Shown one piece after another: positions 61,848 through 64,000 of a DNA stretch of 64,000 nt. The stretch is from assembly GCA_002269645.1 (NCBI GenBank), contig NIVC01000334.1:120693-184692 (forward strand). Direction: 5' to 3'. Position 1 is the stretch's first letter, and the number at the start of each line of letters is the position of its first letter. The position numbers and the translations under genes were made by a program. The DNA comes from Macrostomum lignano. Lineage: Eukaryota. The notes below the pieces were generated by a model. It was not told the DNA's origin. It was given only the letters and a program-made list of their open reading frames with translations, and ran no database searches.

Positions 61848-64000
61848 ATTCTCTCCCAGGATCTCACTCGGATTCTCCCCCAGAATCTCACTCGGATTCT
61901 CCTCCAGAATCTCCTACCGATTCTCCCAGAATCTCACACAGATTCTCTCCCAGAATCTCACACCGATTCTCCCCAGAATATCACACCGATTCTCCCCAGA
62001 ATCTCACTCGGATTCTCCCCAGAATCTCCTATCGATTCTCCCCAGAATCTCCTACCGATTCTCCCCAGAATCTCCTACCGATTCTCCCCAGAATCTCACT
62101 CGGATTCTCCCCAGAATCTCCTATCGATTCTCCCCAGAATCTCACACCGATTCTCCCCAGAATCTCCCACCGATTCTCCCCAGAATCTCACACCGATTCT
62201 CCCCAGAATCTCACACCGATTCTCCCCAGAATCTCACTCGGATTCTCCCCCAGAATCTCATTCAAATTCTCCCCCAGAATCTCACACCGATTCTCCCCAG
62301 AATCTCCTACCGATTCTCCCCAAATCTCCTACCGATTCTCCCCAGAATCTCACACCGATTCTCCCCCAGAATCTCACACAGATTCTCCCCCAGAATCTCC
62401 CACCGATTCTCCCCAGAATCTCACACAGATTCTCCCCCAGAATCTCCCACCGATTCTCTCCCAGAATCTCCCACCGATTCTCCCCAGAATCTCACACCGA
62501 TTCTCCCAAGAATCTCCCACCGATTCTCCCCAGAATCTCCTACCGATTCTCCCATAATCTCACACAGATTCTCCCCCAGAATCTCACACCGATTCTTCCC
62601 AGAATCTCACACCGATTCTCCCCAGAATATCACACACGATTCTCCCCAGAATCTCACTCGATTCTCCCCAGAATCTCCTATCGATTCTCCCCAGAATCTC
62701 ACACCGATTCTCCCCAGAATCTCACACCGATTCTCCCCAGAATCTCACACCGATTCTCCCCAGAATCTCACAACCGATTCTCCCCAGAATCTCACTCGGA
62801 TTCTCCCCCAGAATCTCATTCAAATTCTCCCCCAGAATCTCACACCGATTCTCCCCAGAATCTCCCACCGATTCTCCCCAGAATCTCCTACCGATTCTCC
62901 CAGAATCTCACACAGATTCTCTCCCAGAATCTTACACCGATTCTCCAGAATCTCACACAGATTCTCCCCCAGAATCTCCCACCGATTCTCCCCAGAATCT
63001 CACAGATTCTCCCCAGAATCTCCCACCGATTCTCCCAGAATCTCACACAGATTCTCTCCCAGAATCTTACACCGATTCTCCCAGAATCTCACACCGATTC
63101 TTCCCAGAATCTCCCACCGATTCTCCCCAGAATCTCCCACCGATTCTCCCCAGAATCTCCTACCGATTCTCCCAGAATCTCACACAGATTCTCCCCCAGA
63201 ATCTCACACCGATTCTTCCCAGAATCTCACACCGATTCTCCCCAGAATCTCCCACCGATTCTCCCCAGAATCTCCTACCGATTCTCCCAGAATCTCACAC
63301 AGATTCTCCCCCAGAATCTCACACAGATTCTCTCCCAGAATCTCACACCGATTCTCCCCAGAATCTCCCACCGATTCTCCCCAGAATCTCCTACCGATTC
63401 TCCCAGAATCTCACACAGATTCTCTCCAGAATCTTACACCGATTCTCCCAGAATCTCACACAGATTCTCCCCCAGAATCTCCCACCGATTCTCCCCAGAA
63501 TCTCACACCGATTCTCCCCAGAATCTCCCACCGATTCTCCCAGAATCTCACACAGATTCTCTCCCAGAATCTTACACCGATTCTCCAGAATCTCCCACCG
63601 ATTCTCCCCAGAATCTCCCACCGATTCTCCCCAGAATCTCACACCGATTCTTCCCAGAATCTCCCACCGATTCTCCCCAGAATCTCCCACCGATTCTCCC
63701 CAGAATCTCCTACCGATTTCCCAGAATCTCAACACAGATTCTCCCCAGAATCTCACACCGATTCTTCCCAGAATCTCCACACCGATTCTCCCCAGAATCT
63801 CCCACCGATTCTCCCCAGAATCTCCTACCGATTCTCGCCAGAATCTCACACGATTCTCCCCCAGAATCTCACACCGATTCTTCCAGAATCTCACACCGAT
63901 TCTCCCCAGAATCTCCCACCGATTCTCCCCAGAATCTCCCACCGATTCTCCCCAGAATCTCACACCGATTCCCCAGAATCTCACACAGATCTCTCCCAGA
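61848..64000. repeat. 23-26-bp satellite (GATTCTCCCCAGAATCTCACACC)n running off the window end
   Basis: Visible; each unit holds the inverted repeat GATTCT-CCCC-AGAATC. Confidence 0.97.

Overview
Eukaryotic animal genomic DNA: short GC-rich coding exons in introns packed with minisatellites. The style resembles the flatworm Macrostomum, but that is inference only. I reconstructed by hand, with consistent splice phases, (i) the last exon of an unidentified membrane-protein gene (+, 1997-2277), (ii) a coiled-coil/NHL-repeat gene (+, ~6.8-13.2 kb), (iii) a complete 4-exon, 330-aa DRAK/STK17-like Ser/Thr kinase (-, 23497-17306), and (iv) head-to-head with it, an otopetrin-family proton channel gene (+, from 23884, six exons in the window, continuing past the end). 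Mobile DNA: a decayed non-LTR ORF1 (1-1030); a 5'-truncated Penelope-like element inserted in a GA tract, with a GIY-YIG domain, an unusual post-endonuclease segment and an intact-looking hammerhead ribozyme; two nested Mutator-type elements, each with an 8-bp TSD; a hairpin MITE; and two tRNA-derived SINE-like copies sharing a central core. A ~5.9-kb tandem duplication lies in otopetrin intron 5. About 30 satellite arrays occur, several abutting splice acceptors with a sense-strand C/pyrimidine bias. Most ORFs in the supplied track are repeat artefacts. No database searches were run; family calls rest on motif recognition.
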